Below, piece after piece: positions 8,181 to 17,569 of a stretch of DNA of 28,861 bases; positions within the stretch are counted from its first letter, which is position 1, and each line of letters begins with the position of its first letter. The position numbers and the translations under genes were made by a program. Origin of the DNA: Verrucomicrobiales bacterium. GTDB taxonomy: Bacteria; Verrucomicrobiota; Verrucomicrobiia; Verrucomicrobiales; SLCJ01. The notes below the pieces were generated by a model. The model was not told where the DNA came from. It was given only the letters and a program-made list of their open reading frames with translations, and did no database searches. The stretch is from positions 1-28,861 of the forward strand of contig JBJTQJ010000041.1 of NCBI GenBank assembly GCA_046075565.1, given 5' to 3'.

Positions 8181-8579
8181 TCACTCCCCTTCCCCGGGGC
8201 ATGGAGTGGAGGAAGCGGTCGGGTCGGCGGGGGGAGGAGGAGCCGCTGGTTTGTTCGCGGGCTCGAACGACGACCCGCAGCCGCAGGAGCGGGCGGCATT
8301 CGGGTTCACCAGTTTGAAACCGGAGTCGGTGAGCCCTTGGTGGTAATCGACCATGGCACCATCGAGGTAAGGGAGACTCTCGGGATCGACGAGCACACTT
8401 ACCCCGCCTTCACCCACCACCGTGTCGCCGGACTTCGCGAGGTCGATTTTCATGGCATATTGGAAACCCGCGCAGCCACCTTTCTGCACCAGCAGCCGCA
8501 GTCCCATGCCGGGCTGCGATCCTCGCTTCTCCAGCAGGGAACGCAACTCGTCAATGGCCGGGGGGGAAACCGTGATCAT
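8181..8579 (-). CDS. iscA: Iron-sulfur cluster assembly accessory protein (HesB/IscA family)
   Basis: GGCAGFQY and NPNAARSCGCGSSF signatures, plus a Pro-rich C-terminal tail. Confidence 0.92.
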   Translation of the reverse strand: MITVSPPAIDELRSLLEKRGSQPGMGLRLLVQKGGCAGFQYAMKIDLAKSGDTVVGEGGVSVLVDPESLPYLDGAMVDYHQGLTDSGFKLVNPNAARSCGCGSSFEPANKPAAPPPPADPTASSTPCPGEGE

Positions 8580-8584
8580 TCGGA

Positions 8585-8613
8585 AATGTGCCCCGAGGAG
8601 GCCCGGATTGCAA
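8585..8613 (-). promoter_or_regulatory. Candidate sigma70 promoter, leaderless iscA
   Basis: TTGCAA-N17-CACATT-N5-ATG. Confidence 0.55.
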
Positions 8614-8651
8614 GCGTGGGGGCACCGCCCCGGAACGCGGAGGGGATTCCT

Positions 8652-8675
8652 GTAGCGGCGCCGCTTCCGGTGCCG
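8652..8675 (+). repeat. GTAG-type REP hairpin
   Basis: GTAG + CGGCGCC-gcttcc-GGTGCCG, a 7-bp stem with one G-T pair. Confidence 0.65.
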
Positions 8676-8697
8676 GGTGTGGGGTAGAGGGGAAAAT

Positions 8698-8834
8698 GCT
8701 TCGCGTTACGATTCAGACCTGCCGACGAGGTCCCAGCCTTCGCCGGAGGCTTCGGCGGGCAGGCTGTCGGCGTTCCGCTACTTCATGCTTCAGGTCTAGA
8801 GTCTTGCGTCTTTGAGGGAAGCGGTCTTGTGTCT
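8698..8834 (-). repeat. Composite repeat: module B fused directly to module A (copy 3)
   Basis: The reverse complement reads agacacaagaccgcttccctcaaagacgcaagactctagacctgaagcatgaagtagcggaacgccgacagcctgcccgccgaagcctccggcgaaggctgggacctcgtcggcaggtctgaatcgtaacgcgaagc. It starts 5 nt after the hrpB stop. Confidence 0.92.
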
Positions 8835-8839
8835 CCCCC

Positions 8840-11395
8840 TCACCTCCACTCATGTTTCGGATAGCGGCCTTTGAGTTGCTTTTTCACTTCCTCGTAGCTG
8901 TTTTTCCAGAAGGCGGCGAGGTCGCGGGTTTTTTGCACGGGGCGTTGGGCAGGTGATAACAACTCGATGACCACCGGCACCTTGCCTCCCGCGATGACGG
9001 GTTGTTTGTTCACATCGTAGAGCCGCTGCAGGATCATGGCGATCTCCGGATCATGGCCTTCCTGATAACGCACCTTGGCCTCGCGCCCGTTCTCGAGAGT
9101 GATACGCACCGGAGCATAAGCATCGAGAGCGGCATTTTGTTCGGGAGAAAGCCACTGGCGCAGGGTTTTCCATGGCGACTTTTCTTTCAGGTCGCGAGCG
9201 GAATAACAACCGAGGCAACTTTGTTCGATGACAAATGATTTGTCATCGTCACTGAAGGCGGGTAACTCCAATTCGGGCATCCATGCCGCGAGGCAATTGA
9301 GCCGTGCGACCCATTGGCGGACCTCGTCATCCCAACCAGGGAACTCAACACGCCCGGCCAGCACTTCGGCGGCGAGCACGGCGGCAGCAGGGCCGGCTGG
9401 AACATCGGCCCGGGCTTTCGATTCGAGAGCGACATCGTGGAAGCATCGATCGACGCGCCGCACGACTCGTTTTTGTTGGGTGTCGTATTCGCAGCGCTCG
9501 ACTTCTTTCAATGCTCCGGGGTGGACTTCCACGAGCAAACTCTCGTCGATGCGCGTGAGATCGCGCAAAACGACCTCGAGTTTTTTACCTTCCACTTCGG
9601 CCATTTCGACAGCCACGAGCAAGCGGGCTTTGTTGGCGACACGGCATTCGGGGGTGATTTTGCCGCGGCGTCCGCCCGGCACGGCACAGGTGCGGGTGCC
9701 CTCGCTGATCTGCACGGCCACGTGATCACCATAGGCTGCCACGAGACAAGCGGAGAGATCCCGCCAGAGAGCGCCTTCCGTTTCATCTTCTGCTCCCGAT
9801 GCTTCTCCGTTGCTCGGCACAAGACGGGCGAGGCTATCGGCCAGGCGCCAGACTTCCCGCGCGACCGGTGCCCGGATGCCCGCGCGGGTGCAATCTTCGT
9901 CATCAAAGCGGAATTCGGCGGCGCGATCGAGGGCGCGCAAGGCGGGTTGAAAATCGGAAAGATCACCGCGTTCGCAGAACTTTTCGGCCGCGGTAGCGCG
10001 GGCGGCGGCGGTGGCTCCCGCGAAGAGGTCGCGTCCTTCGACCAAAGCGGCCACGAGACTGGCCTCGCGGACACGCCGCCTCCGCCCGGCTTCGACGAGG
10101 AATCGGGCGAGCCGCGGTTGCACGGGCAGGCCGGCCATGGCACGGCCGGTTGGTGTTAGGCGTCCTGCTTCATCGGTGGCACCGAGTTCTTCTAACAAAA
10201 CAAGCGCTCTCTCCATGGCCGCCGGATGCGGAGGTTGGATCCACGGAAAGGTGGTCACATTTTCCACACCCATGGCCAGCAATTCGAGCAGGACACCGGA
10301 GGGATCGAGACGCAAGATTTCGGGTGCCGTCTGGGCAGATCGCGCGGCGTGGTTGGCGGCGGACCACAAGCGCAGGCAAAGCCCGGGAGCGGTGCGCCCG
10401 GCACGACCGGCGCGTTGGTCGGCGGAGGCCCGGGAGATCGGTTGAACAGTCAGCGTGTTGAGCCCCCGGGCCGGATCATAATCCGCCATGCGGGCCAATC
10501 CGCTATCCACCACGATGCGCACACCATCGATGGTCAGCGATGTTTCCGCAACATTGGTGGCGACGACCACTTTGCGGCGTCCGTCGGCGGATGGTTGGAT
10601 GGCTTCGTCCTGTTTCTCCGGGGCCAGTTCACCAAAGAGCGGCAGGATTTTCCAACCTTTCGTCCAAGGCATACGCGACAGCAATTCGATGGTCTTGCGG
10701 ATTTCAAACGAGCCCGGCATGAAGACGAGGGCATCGCCTTCCGCGCCCTCGCGCACGGCCTCCCCGAGTGCGGCCGCCGCTCTTTCCCAGATGGCCTCGC
10801 CACGAACGATATCGCGTGGTGCCTGACGGACCGTCACGGGATACATACGGCCTTCCGAGAAAACGCGATTGGCTCCGGGAAAACATGATTCCAATCGAAT
10901 GCCATCGAGCGTGGCCGAGACGACGAACAACTTCAGATCGGGGCGCGATGTTTCCTGCAAGCGGGCGCAAAGCGCCAGCCCGATGTCGCCATCCACATGA
11001 CGTTCGTGGAACTCATCGAAGATCACCGCATCCACACCTCGCAAATGGGGGTCACCGAGCAGACGGCGGACCAGCACGCCTTCCGTCAGGTAGCAGATCC
11101 GTGTTTCTTTCGACACCACACGTTCGAAGCGGATCTGGTAGCCGACCTCGCCGCCGAGGCGGCCGCCGCGCTCCCAAGCCACCCGCCGGGCGAGCATCCG
11201 AGCGGCCACCCGCCGCGGCTGGAGCACGAGGATTTCGCCGGTCAGCCCGCCATCGTCGCGGAGGATTTGCGGGACGCCGGTGGATTTGCCGGAACCAGTT
11301 GGGGCCTCGACCACCACACGCACCCGACCCGGAACCGCGAGGCTGTCGGAGAGACATCGGCGGAGCTGGTAAATGGGCAGGTCAGGGGCGGGCAC
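8840..11395 (-). CDS. hrpB: ATP-dependent RNA helicase HrpB
   Basis: APTGSGKST, QPRRVAAR, DEFHER, SAT, TNVAETSLTIDG, QRAGRAGR and HrpB C-terminus LLSPAQRPVQKTRDL..FW...GRYPKHEW. Start set at GTG 11395 before DLPIYQ. Confidence 0.95.
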   Translation of the reverse strand: MPAPDLPIYQLRRCLSDSLAVPGRVRVVVEAPTGSGKSTGVPQILRDDGGLTGEILVLQPRRVAARMLARRVAWERGGRLGGEVGYQIRFERVVSKETRICYLTEGVLVRRLLGDPHLRGVDAVIFDEFHERHVDGDIGLALCARLQETSRPDLKLFVVSATLDGIRLESCFPGANRVFSEGRMYPVTVRQAPRDIVRGEAIWERAAAALGEAVREGAEGDALVFMPGSFEIRKTIELLSRMPWTKGWKILPLFGELAPEKQDEAIQPSADGRRKVVVATNVAETSLTIDGVRIVVDSGLARMADYDPARGLNTLTVQPISRASADQRAGRAGRTAPGLCLRLWSAANHAARSAQTAPEILRLDPSGVLLELLAMGVENVTTFPWIQPPHPAAMERALVLLEELGATDEAGRLTPTGRAMAGLPVQPRLARFLVEAGRRRRVREASLVAALVEGRDLFAGATAAARATAAEKFCERGDLSDFQPALRALDRAAEFRFDDEDCTRAGIRAPVAREVWRLADSLARLVPSNGEASGAEDETEGALWRDLSACLVAAYGDHVAVQISEGTRTCAVPGGRRGKITPECRVANKARLLVAVEMAEVEGKKLEVVLRDLTRIDESLLVEVHPGALKEVERCEYDTQQKRVVRRVDRCFHDVALESKARADVPAGPAAAVLAAEVLAGRVEFPGWDDEVRQWVARLNCLAAWMPELELPAFSDDDKSFVIEQSCLGCYSARDLKEKSPWKTLRQWLSPEQNAALDAYAPVRITLENGREAKVRYQEGHDPEIAMILQRLYDVNKQPVIAGGKVPVVIELLSPAQRPVQKTRDLAAFWKNSYEEVKKQLKGRYPKHEWR

Positions 11396-11465
11396 AGGCA
11401 ACCAAAGCCGCCGCACGGCCTCCACGCAAGCGACTCGGCAATGAAAGATTGTGCAGGAACTCGCG

Positions 11466-11494
11466 TTGAAACCAATCCCGAACGCACGTAGAGT
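11466..11494 (+). promoter_or_regulatory. Candidate sigma70 promoter, leaderless AI-2E gene
   Basis: TTGAAA-N17-TAGAGT-N5-ATG. Confidence 0.6.
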
Positions 11495-11499
11495 CATAC

Positions 11500-12675
11500 A
11501 TGCCCCAGCCCGAAGCATCGCCAACACGCGCCTCCCCCTTTACCGGCTCCCTCCGGGCCTTGGTGGGCATGGCGGCGGCAATTCTCGTGCTTGGCGCCGT
11601 GAAATTGGCCGCCGATTTCCTGATCCCGGTCATGTTGGGATTCTTCATCGCGGTGCTCAGCTTCCCGATCATGCGTTTCCTGCAAAGCAAACGTGTGCCC
11701 CACTGGCTTGCTCTTTTCCTCACCCTCGTCTTCGACCTTTCCGTTTTGATTGGCATCGCCTTTCTTGGAGCAAGCCTGTTCCAGGATTTCCAGGCGAAAT
11801 GGACCAGCTTCTATGCGATTCGCCTCCGTGACCTCTCCATCCAGGGCGTGGCATGGGCGGAGACCACGCTCAGTGGAGCGGGTATCAGCGGTTTCCGGGA
11901 GTCGTTCAACGAGTTCATCAACGTGGACGCCATTCTCGAGCTGGCCAGTGACAACGTCGGCAGCGTGCTCAGCGGGGTGACCGCAACTTTGAAGCTGATC
12001 ATTCTCGTGCTGCTTCTGGTCGGCTTCATGCTCGCGGAGGGATCGAGTTTCGCGCGCAAATTGCCGAGCGTGCGGGCGGCCGGTGGGCCGGACTTCGGAG
12101 CCCTCACACGGGTAACCGGAGACGTTCAGAAATATCTCGGGATCAAGACGTTTGTTAGCGCGGCCACCGGATTGTGTGCATGGGCCTTGTGCGCGGGCAC
12201 CGGTTTGGATTTCGCCTTGCTCTGGGGAATTGTCGCCTTCGCGCTGAATTTCATTCCGGCCATCGGTTCGATTGTCGCGGCCATCCCGCCCATGCTGCTC
12301 GCCCTCGTGCAAAACGGGTTCGGTCATTTTGCCCTCATCGGGGCCGGATACCTGCTCATCAACACAATCTGGGGGAACATCATCGAACCCACCCTGCAGG
12401 GCCGCCGCTTTGGCATCGCGACCATCGTGGTGGTGCTTTCCGTGCTTTTCTGGGGTTGGCTGCTCGGCGTGGCCGGTATGTTCCTCGCCGTGCCCTTGAC
12501 CATGCTGGTCAAGGTTGCCCTCGATATGTCACCCGAGCTGCGTTGGCTCTCCGCCTTGCTCGAAACGGAAAAAGCCGTGCCCGCGGTGGCCCAGGCTATC
12601 GTGGATAAGGTGACCGGTGCGGATGAAACCCCGCATCTGCCGGACGGCAATACCGATCCGGGTAAACCGGGTTAA
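11500..12675 (+). CDS. AI-2E family transporter (TqsA/YhhT-like)
   Basis: Polytopic membrane protein with YLGIKT..SAATG, LNFIPAIGSIVA, GNIIEP and FWGWLLGVAGMFLAVPLT. Confidence 0.92.
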   Translation: MPQPEASPTRASPFTGSLRALVGMAAAILVLGAVKLAADFLIPVMLGFFIAVLSFPIMRFLQSKRVPHWLALFLTLVFDLSVLIGIAFLGASLFQDFQAKWTSFYAIRLRDLSIQGVAWAETTLSGAGISGFRESFNEFINVDAILELASDNVGSVLSGVTATLKLIILVLLLVGFMLAEGSSFARKLPSVRAAGGPDFGALTRVTGDVQKYLGIKTFVSAATGLCAWALCAGTGLDFALLWGIVAFALNFIPAIGSIVAAIPPMLLALVQNGFGHFALIGAGYLLINTIWGNIIEPTLQGRRFGIATIVVVLSVLFWGWLLGVAGMFLAVPLTMLVKVALDMSPELRWLSALLETEKAVPAVAQAIVDKVTGADETPHLPDGNTDPGKPG

Positions 12676-12678
12676 GGC

Positions 12679-12721
12679 GGGAGACCAGGAGTCGGGAGAC
12701 AGGGGTCAGGGGTCGGTAGGC
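12679..12721. repeat. Heptamer tandem repeat (RGGRGWC) between convergent genes
   Basis: gggagac-c-aggagtc-gggagac-aggggtc-aggggtc-ggtaggc. Confidence 0.7.
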
Positions 12722-12736
12722 AGCAGAGGTTTTCAG

Positions 12737-13819
12737 CTATTCCCGGTCACTGGCCGCGCTTTCTTGTTCCACTTGGAGGCGGAGTTGGCCGCAGGCCGCC
12801 TCGATATCGTGACCTTTTTCCAGACGCAAAGTCACGGGCACGCCGGTGGCGGAGGCGGCGGCGCGGAAGGCCTCGCAATGTCGCAAGGGCGGGCGCGACC
12901 ATTCAAGACCTTCGACGGTGTTGTAGGGGATCAAGTTCACCTTGGCATCGAGGCCGCGGGCGAGTGTTGCCAATTTGCGCGCCTGCGCGAGATCGTCATT
13001 GACCCCCCGGATGAGAATGTATTCGAAGGTGATTTTTTGCTTTTTTTGTTCACGCCAGGTCCGCAACGAATCCATCAGTTCTTCGATATTCCATTTCCGA
13101 TTCACCGGCATGATGCGCTCGCGGGTCTCGTCGTCGGCTCCGTGCAGCGAAACAGCGAGGCGGATCTGCATCGAGATCTCCGCGAGCTTACGGATGGCGG
13201 GAGCGAGGCCGGAGGTGGAGATGGTGATATGTCGCGCACCAATGTTCAGCCCCCACGGAGCATTCAGAATCTCGAGGGCGGTAACGAGGTTGCGGAGATT
13301 GGCCAGCGGCTCACCCATGCCCATGAAAACGAGATTGTTCACCTTCTCTCCGGCGATGGCTTCGGCAGCGAGGATTTGCCCGACGATTTCATCGGCCCCG
13401 AGGTTGCGGGTCAATCCGTCGAGTCCGGAAGCGCAGAACTTGCAAGCCATGGCGCATCCGACTTGGGTGGAAACGCAGAGCGTGCGCCGATCGCTTTTTT
13501 CACCATAAAGTGCGGGGGATGCGGGAATGAGCACCGACTCGATGAGACGTCCATCATGAAGCCGGAAAAGGAATTTGCGCGTGGTATCGGCGGAACCCTG
13601 GACGCGCACGGGATGAAGGGCGGTGACAACATGCTCTTCAAGGCGGGCGCGCAAACGCGCCGGAAGGTCGGTCATCTCGGCGGCTTTCGTGACCCGGCGC
13701 CGATAAATCCAATCGAGGATCTGCCCGGCCCGATAGGCGGGTTCCCCCCACTCGGCGAGTTGGTTCGCGAGGGCGTCTTTGGTGAATCCGGTAAGGGGCG
13801 TGGCAACCACGGCAGACAT
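12737..13819 (-). CDS. rlmN: 23S rRNA (adenine-2503-C2)-methyltransferase RlmN
   Basis: Radical SAM motif CAMACKFC, MGMGEP, ISTSG, LAVSLH, FEY, NLIPYN and AACGQL. Confidence 0.96.
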   Translation of the reverse strand: MSAVVATPLTGFTKDALANQLAEWGEPAYRAGQILDWIYRRRVTKAAEMTDLPARLRARLEEHVVTALHPVRVQGSADTTRKFLFRLHDGRLIESVLIPASPALYGEKSDRRTLCVSTQVGCAMACKFCASGLDGLTRNLGADEIVGQILAAEAIAGEKVNNLVFMGMGEPLANLRNLVTALEILNAPWGLNIGARHITISTSGLAPAIRKLAEISMQIRLAVSLHGADDETRERIMPVNRKWNIEELMDSLRTWREQKKQKITFEYILIRGVNDDLAQARKLATLARGLDAKVNLIPYNTVEGLEWSRPPLRHCEAFRAAASATGVPVTLRLEKGHDIEAACGQLRLQVEQESAASDRE

Positions 13820-14856
13820 TACGTCAGGCCATCACGCGCGCCAACCGTTTCCATCCATGCGCCGACATCGCCAGGCAACGAGCCTTCCCATTTTCCGGGT
13901 CCGGAGGCCCAGGCGGGATCGGCGGAGGCAAGGGCATCGACACGGAGAAGGAGTCCGGACTTCCAGACGTGGGCATCGGCACGCCATGGGCCAACGGCGC
14001 GGGGATCGGACCATGTATGCAATCCGAGCAAGGGGCGCCCGAGAGCGGCGGCGAGGTGCATCGGCCCGCTATCGACACTGACGACCGCACTGGCGTGGCG
14101 CAGCAGCCAGATGAGTTGGGAAAGTGACGTCTGGCCTAACAAAGAAACGACTCCGTCCGGCCAGATGTGACCGGCGGGACCACCAACACCAGCCAGAATC
14201 ACGGGGTGTGGCGCGAGTTTGCGGATGATGGTTTCGATCATCTCAAACGGCAGGCTTTTGCCTTCGCCACGAGCGAACGGGTGCAGAACAACCGCGCGGG
14301 AAAGCATCGCAGGGTCCGCTCCGGGAATCGGTTCCCCATGCGGGAGCGGGAAGATCGCGGGACCGCTCGTATCGGCCCCGGCGAGACGGGCGAGGGCGAG
14401 ATAACGATCCACGGCATGGGCCATACCCCGGGTGTCGGCGCATCCATGATAAAAAGCTCCCGCGCCTTCCCGCGCATCCGAGAGACCGAGCACACGCCGG
14501 GCCCGGCATCCCTTGGCCATGAGTGCGCTGCGCAGGAGTCCTTGAAAATCCACGGCGAGGTCGAATTCACCGTTCTTCGAGGAAGCGCGTGCGCGGGAGC
14601 ACCATTTCAAAAATCCCGGCACGGCGGCAAGGCCACGCAATTCACGGCGGGGAAATACAATCACGGAAGCGAGGTCGGGATTTCCCTCCAGCAAGGACGC
14701 CCATTCCGGATTCACGACCCAATGGAAGCGGCTCGCGGGCATGGCCGCCTTGAGAAAATGAACGGCCGGCAGGGTATGGATGATATCGCCGAAGGAACTC
14801 GGCTTGAGCACGAGAACATCAGCCGGAGCCGGAGAGGTTGGAGCGGAGGCCGACAT
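13819..14856 (-). CDS. Glycosyltransferase family 9, ADP-heptose:LPS heptosyltransferase (WaaC/WaaF-like)
   Basis: KPSSFGDIIH, DFQGLLRSA, HAVDRYL and DSGPMHLAAA. Stop overlaps the rlmN start (TAATG). Start set at ATG 14856. Confidence 0.9.
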   Translation of the reverse strand: MSASAPTSPAPADVLVLKPSSFGDIIHTLPAVHFLKAAMPASRFHWVVNPEWASLLEGNPDLASVIVFPRRELRGLAAVPGFLKWCSRARASSKNGEFDLAVDFQGLLRSALMAKGCRARRVLGLSDAREGAGAFYHGCADTRGMAHAVDRYLALARLAGADTSGPAIFPLPHGEPIPGADPAMLSRAVVLHPFARGEGKSLPFEMIETIIRKLAPHPVILAGVGGPAGHIWPDGVVSLLGQTSLSQLIWLLRHASAVVSVDSGPMHLAAALGRPLLGLHTWSDPRAVGPWRADAHVWKSGLLLRVDALASADPAWASGPGKWEGSLPGDVGAWMETVGARDGLT

Positions 14857-14875
14857 GGCGGCTACATCGGCAGCG

Positions 14876-15610
14876 TTAGCGGCCTTCTTCAAGCCGATAG
14901 GCGAGGCCTTCGGGGAGGCCCTCCTCGACGATTTTTTCCTGCGTGCGCCGGATATCATATTCGAGGCGCCGCACCGTCACGGTATGGTTCATCTTGTCGT
15001 AGATCGCGTAGGCGGCTCGCCAGTCGCCATCCCGCGGTTGACCGACGCTGCCGGCATTGATGAAATATTTGCGACCGGGTTCGATCTTCAAGAGGGTATC
15101 CTCCACTTCGACCTTCTCCGGACGCGCGGCTCCCTCCTGCACGTAGGCGGTGGGAACATGGGTGTGGCCGAAAAAACAAACGGTGGTGAACTGGTAGTTG
15201 AAGCTCGCCATCGCATCGAATTTGTTCTGGACGTAGGCCCAACCGCCGGGCGAATCGAGGGTCGAATGCACGGTCGTGAAGTCGGTGACCTGGCGCACGA
15301 GCCGCAGGGCACGCAGGTATTCTTTTTCCGAACTCAGCATCTGCTTGCGCGTCCAGGTGAGGGCGGCGAAGGCCAGCGGGTTCAGTCCCTCCAGCGAGGT
15401 CTCCCGGCTGCACTCCTCGTCGTGGTTGCCTTTGATCACGGGACAATCGAGGGCGCGCACCACTTCAAGGCATTCCCGCGGATTGGCGTTGTAGCCGACG
15501 ATATCACCAAGGCAAGCGTAATGGGTGCAGCCCTGGGTTTCGGCGTCCCGGAGGACCTCCTCGAGCGCCTCGAGGTTGGCATGGATGTCGCCGAATATGC
15601 AATACTTCAT
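14876..15610 (-). CDS. Calcineurin-like metallophosphoesterase
   Basis: GDIHAN, LGDIVGY, GNHD, GHTH and NAGSVGQPRDGD. Confidence 0.93.
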   Translation of the reverse strand: MKYCIFGDIHANLEALEEVLRDAETQGCTHYACLGDIVGYNANPRECLEVVRALDCPVIKGNHDEECSRETSLEGLNPLAFAALTWTRKQMLSSEKEYLRALRLVRQVTDFTTVHSTLDSPGGWAYVQNKFDAMASFNYQFTTVCFFGHTHVPTAYVQEGAARPEKVEVEDTLLKIEPGRKYFINAGSVGQPRDGDWRAAYAIYDKMNHTVTVRRLEYDIRRTQEKIVEEGLPEGLAYRLEEGR

Positions 15611-15682
15611 CTCGCGGGGTGTTGACTGGGTAGGTAGGACCGGAACGGGATTGCAGAATATGGAACAGCCTTTCGCCCGTGG

Positions 15683-16642
15683 CTAGAATTTTTCGCCTGC
15701 GCCGGGCACCCTTTCCGGCAGGGGAATGTCCAGTTCCTTCTCGAATTCTTGCAGAATTGCAAAAAACGCCGGGGAATACTCACCCCCACGGGAGCGGCGG
15801 TAGAGCAGATTATCGCGGAGACTTTCGTAAATCTCCCGCCGGCTGGCTCCGAATCGCTCGAGCGGGACCTGCTCGGCCTGCGGCACGCCGAATTCGAATT
15901 GCAAATCCAGCAAAGTCGCCAGAAGCGTGGGCACGTGGTTGACGGCACTCTCCTGATAGAGCCGGGTGAGCAAATCCAGCGCTTCCCGCCGCCGGTCCGG
16001 CAAAAAGGACAGCTCGTAACCCAGGAACCTCTGCAATCGCAAGGGTGCCCCCTCGATGGCCGCCGCCCGGGTGTAATACTCCGCCGCTTTCACGTGATCG
16101 ACGATCTTATAAACATCCCGGTGCAAAAGGGCGGCATTTTCGGCCAGCACCCAGCTCTCAGGATTGTTGCGCATCCCATCGGCGAACATCTCCTGGCCTT
16201 TTACGATATACTGCCGCCAGTAGTCCATGCGCAGCCTCTCGAGAGCGGCCGGGTTGTTCTCACCCCGCGGGCCTTTCCAGTCATAACGATAGTAGCCGCT
16301 GGCATTGTAGGCCATGTGCCAGGCTCCCGTGATCCAATAGTCGGGAACACGTGGCTGGAGCTGCTGCACCAGCCGGAATCGTTGCTCGACCAAGGCCCAA
16401 TCCCGGTCTTCCCATGCCGCGTAGGCGCGCAGGTGTTCGATGCTGGCGACGACCGAACGCGCCCCGCCAAGGGTGGCCACGAAGGCATTCTGTCCGAGTT
16501 TTTCCCGCAGGTCCAGATTCAACTCGGGCCCTAACACATGGGCGGCCCGCCACTCTTTCGTGCGCGCCGATTCGAGCGGCCAGCGCAGCATGCCATGCAC
16601 GACCAATCCGCCAAGGACAACGACAATGACGCGGGCTCTCAT
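15683..16642 (-). CDS. Membrane-anchored helical-repeat (TPR-like) hypothetical protein, partner of the ABC module
   Basis: N-terminal hydrophobic anchor and amphipathic repeats (LVQQLQPRVPDYW..GAWHMAYN, GMRNNPESWVL, KAAEYYTRAA). Starts 3 nt after the permease stop. Confidence 0.75.
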   Translation of the reverse strand: MRARVIVVVLGGLVVHGMLRWPLESARTKEWRAAHVLGPELNLDLREKLGQNAFVATLGGARSVVASIEHLRAYAAWEDRDWALVEQRFRLVQQLQPRVPDYWITGAWHMAYNASGYYRYDWKGPRGENNPAALERLRMDYWRQYIVKGQEMFADGMRNNPESWVLAENAALLHRDVYKIVDHVKAAEYYTRAAAIEGAPLRLQRFLGYELSFLPDRRREALDLLTRLYQESAVNHVPTLLATLLDLQFEFGVPQAEQVPLERFGASRREIYESLRDNLLYRRSRGGEYSPAFFAILQEFEKELDIPLPERVPGAGEKF

Positions 16643-16645
16643 GGT

Positions 16646-17569
16646 TCAGATCTCCTTGTCCTGGAAGACATACCAAGCCAACATCATGTAAACCATGACG
16701 TAGCCGGCTCCGAAAGCCAACAATTGCAGTGGCACCGAAGCGGGGATGGGTTCGCCCGCCACCACCGCGTCCACGACATTGAACAATTGGAAATCCGGCA
16801 ACACAAGGGCGAGCGGACCCGAGATCCACTTCGCCACCGAGGACCATTCCGGGATGGATTCGTAATAGGCGCGGATATCGGCCTGGAGATGGCCGGCGAA
16901 AAAGGCCACCGCCGCCGTCACCATGGTGAAGAGTGAGGATGAGGCAAACGTGGAAATGAGCAGCGAGAGAGCGGCGATGACGGCTGCCTTGATGAAGATG
17001 GCGGCGATGCCGTATTGCAGTTCCCAGACCAAGCCGTTCTGCTCGATGGCGCGTCTGGTCATCTCCCAAGCTTCGGCTGCCTCCGCGTTGGCGCTGATGT
17101 CACCGAAAATCTCGCGCTGTTGTGCGAGGATGAGCGATTGCCGCAGGTAGAGAACACCCGTGAAAAACAAATCCATGATGAATAGACTCACACCGAGGAG
17201 CAGCAATACGCCGAGCAATTTCCCGAGCAGATACTCCACCCGCGGCACGGGTTTCGAGAGGATGGTGTAGAGCGTGCGATCCTCGATGTCCTTCGGCAAC
17301 AGCATGGCCGTGCCCACGATGGCCAGCAGCGACGAGAACAATGTCATGCCTGCCAGCGAGAAATCCTTGAGCAACTTCAACTCCTGCGCGGGCAGGTTCC
17401 AGCGCAACACGAACATGGAACTGCCGATGACGATGATCCCGAAGAAGATGAGGAAGTAGAACACCTTCATGCGGGCGAGTTGCCGGAAGGTCTGGAAAGA
17501 AAGTTCGCTCACGCGGGCCAGTGAGGCGACGAGACCGTGGCGGCGGGGAAGACGGGCGCGTTCGTTCAT
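16646..17569 (-). CDS. ABC-2 type transporter permease
   Basis: Several TM helices, the LPKDIEDRTLYTILSKPVPRVEYLLGKLLG signature, and C-terminal FQDKEI. ATGA overlap with the ATPase stop. Confidence 0.9.
   Translation of the reverse strand: MNERARLPRRHGLVASLARVSELSFQTFRQLARMKVFYFLIFFGIIVIGSSMFVLRWNLPAQELKLLKDFSLAGMTLFSSLLAIVGTAMLLPKDIEDRTLYTILSKPVPRVEYLLGKLLGVLLLLGVSLFIMDLFFTGVLYLRQSLILAQQREIFGDISANAEAAEAWEMTRRAIEQNGLVWELQYGIAAIFIKAAVIAALSLLISTFASSSLFTMVTAAVAFFAGHLQADIRAYYESIPEWSSVAKWISGPLALVLPDFQLFNVVDAVVAGEPIPASVPLQLLAFGAGYVMVYMMLAWYVFQDKEI

Noticed and set aside
12737..13819. Cfr resistance methyltransferase
   Set aside because: Chromosomal housekeeping context and RlmN-type sequence (CVSTQVGCAMACKFC). 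A phylogeny would confirm.
12617..14170. 517-aa ORF antisense to rlmN/GT9, and similar long antisense ORFs (1293-2564, 6819-7814, 19291-20172, 27767-28858)
   Set aside because: All overlap well-supported genes on the other strand and show typical antisense-frame composition.
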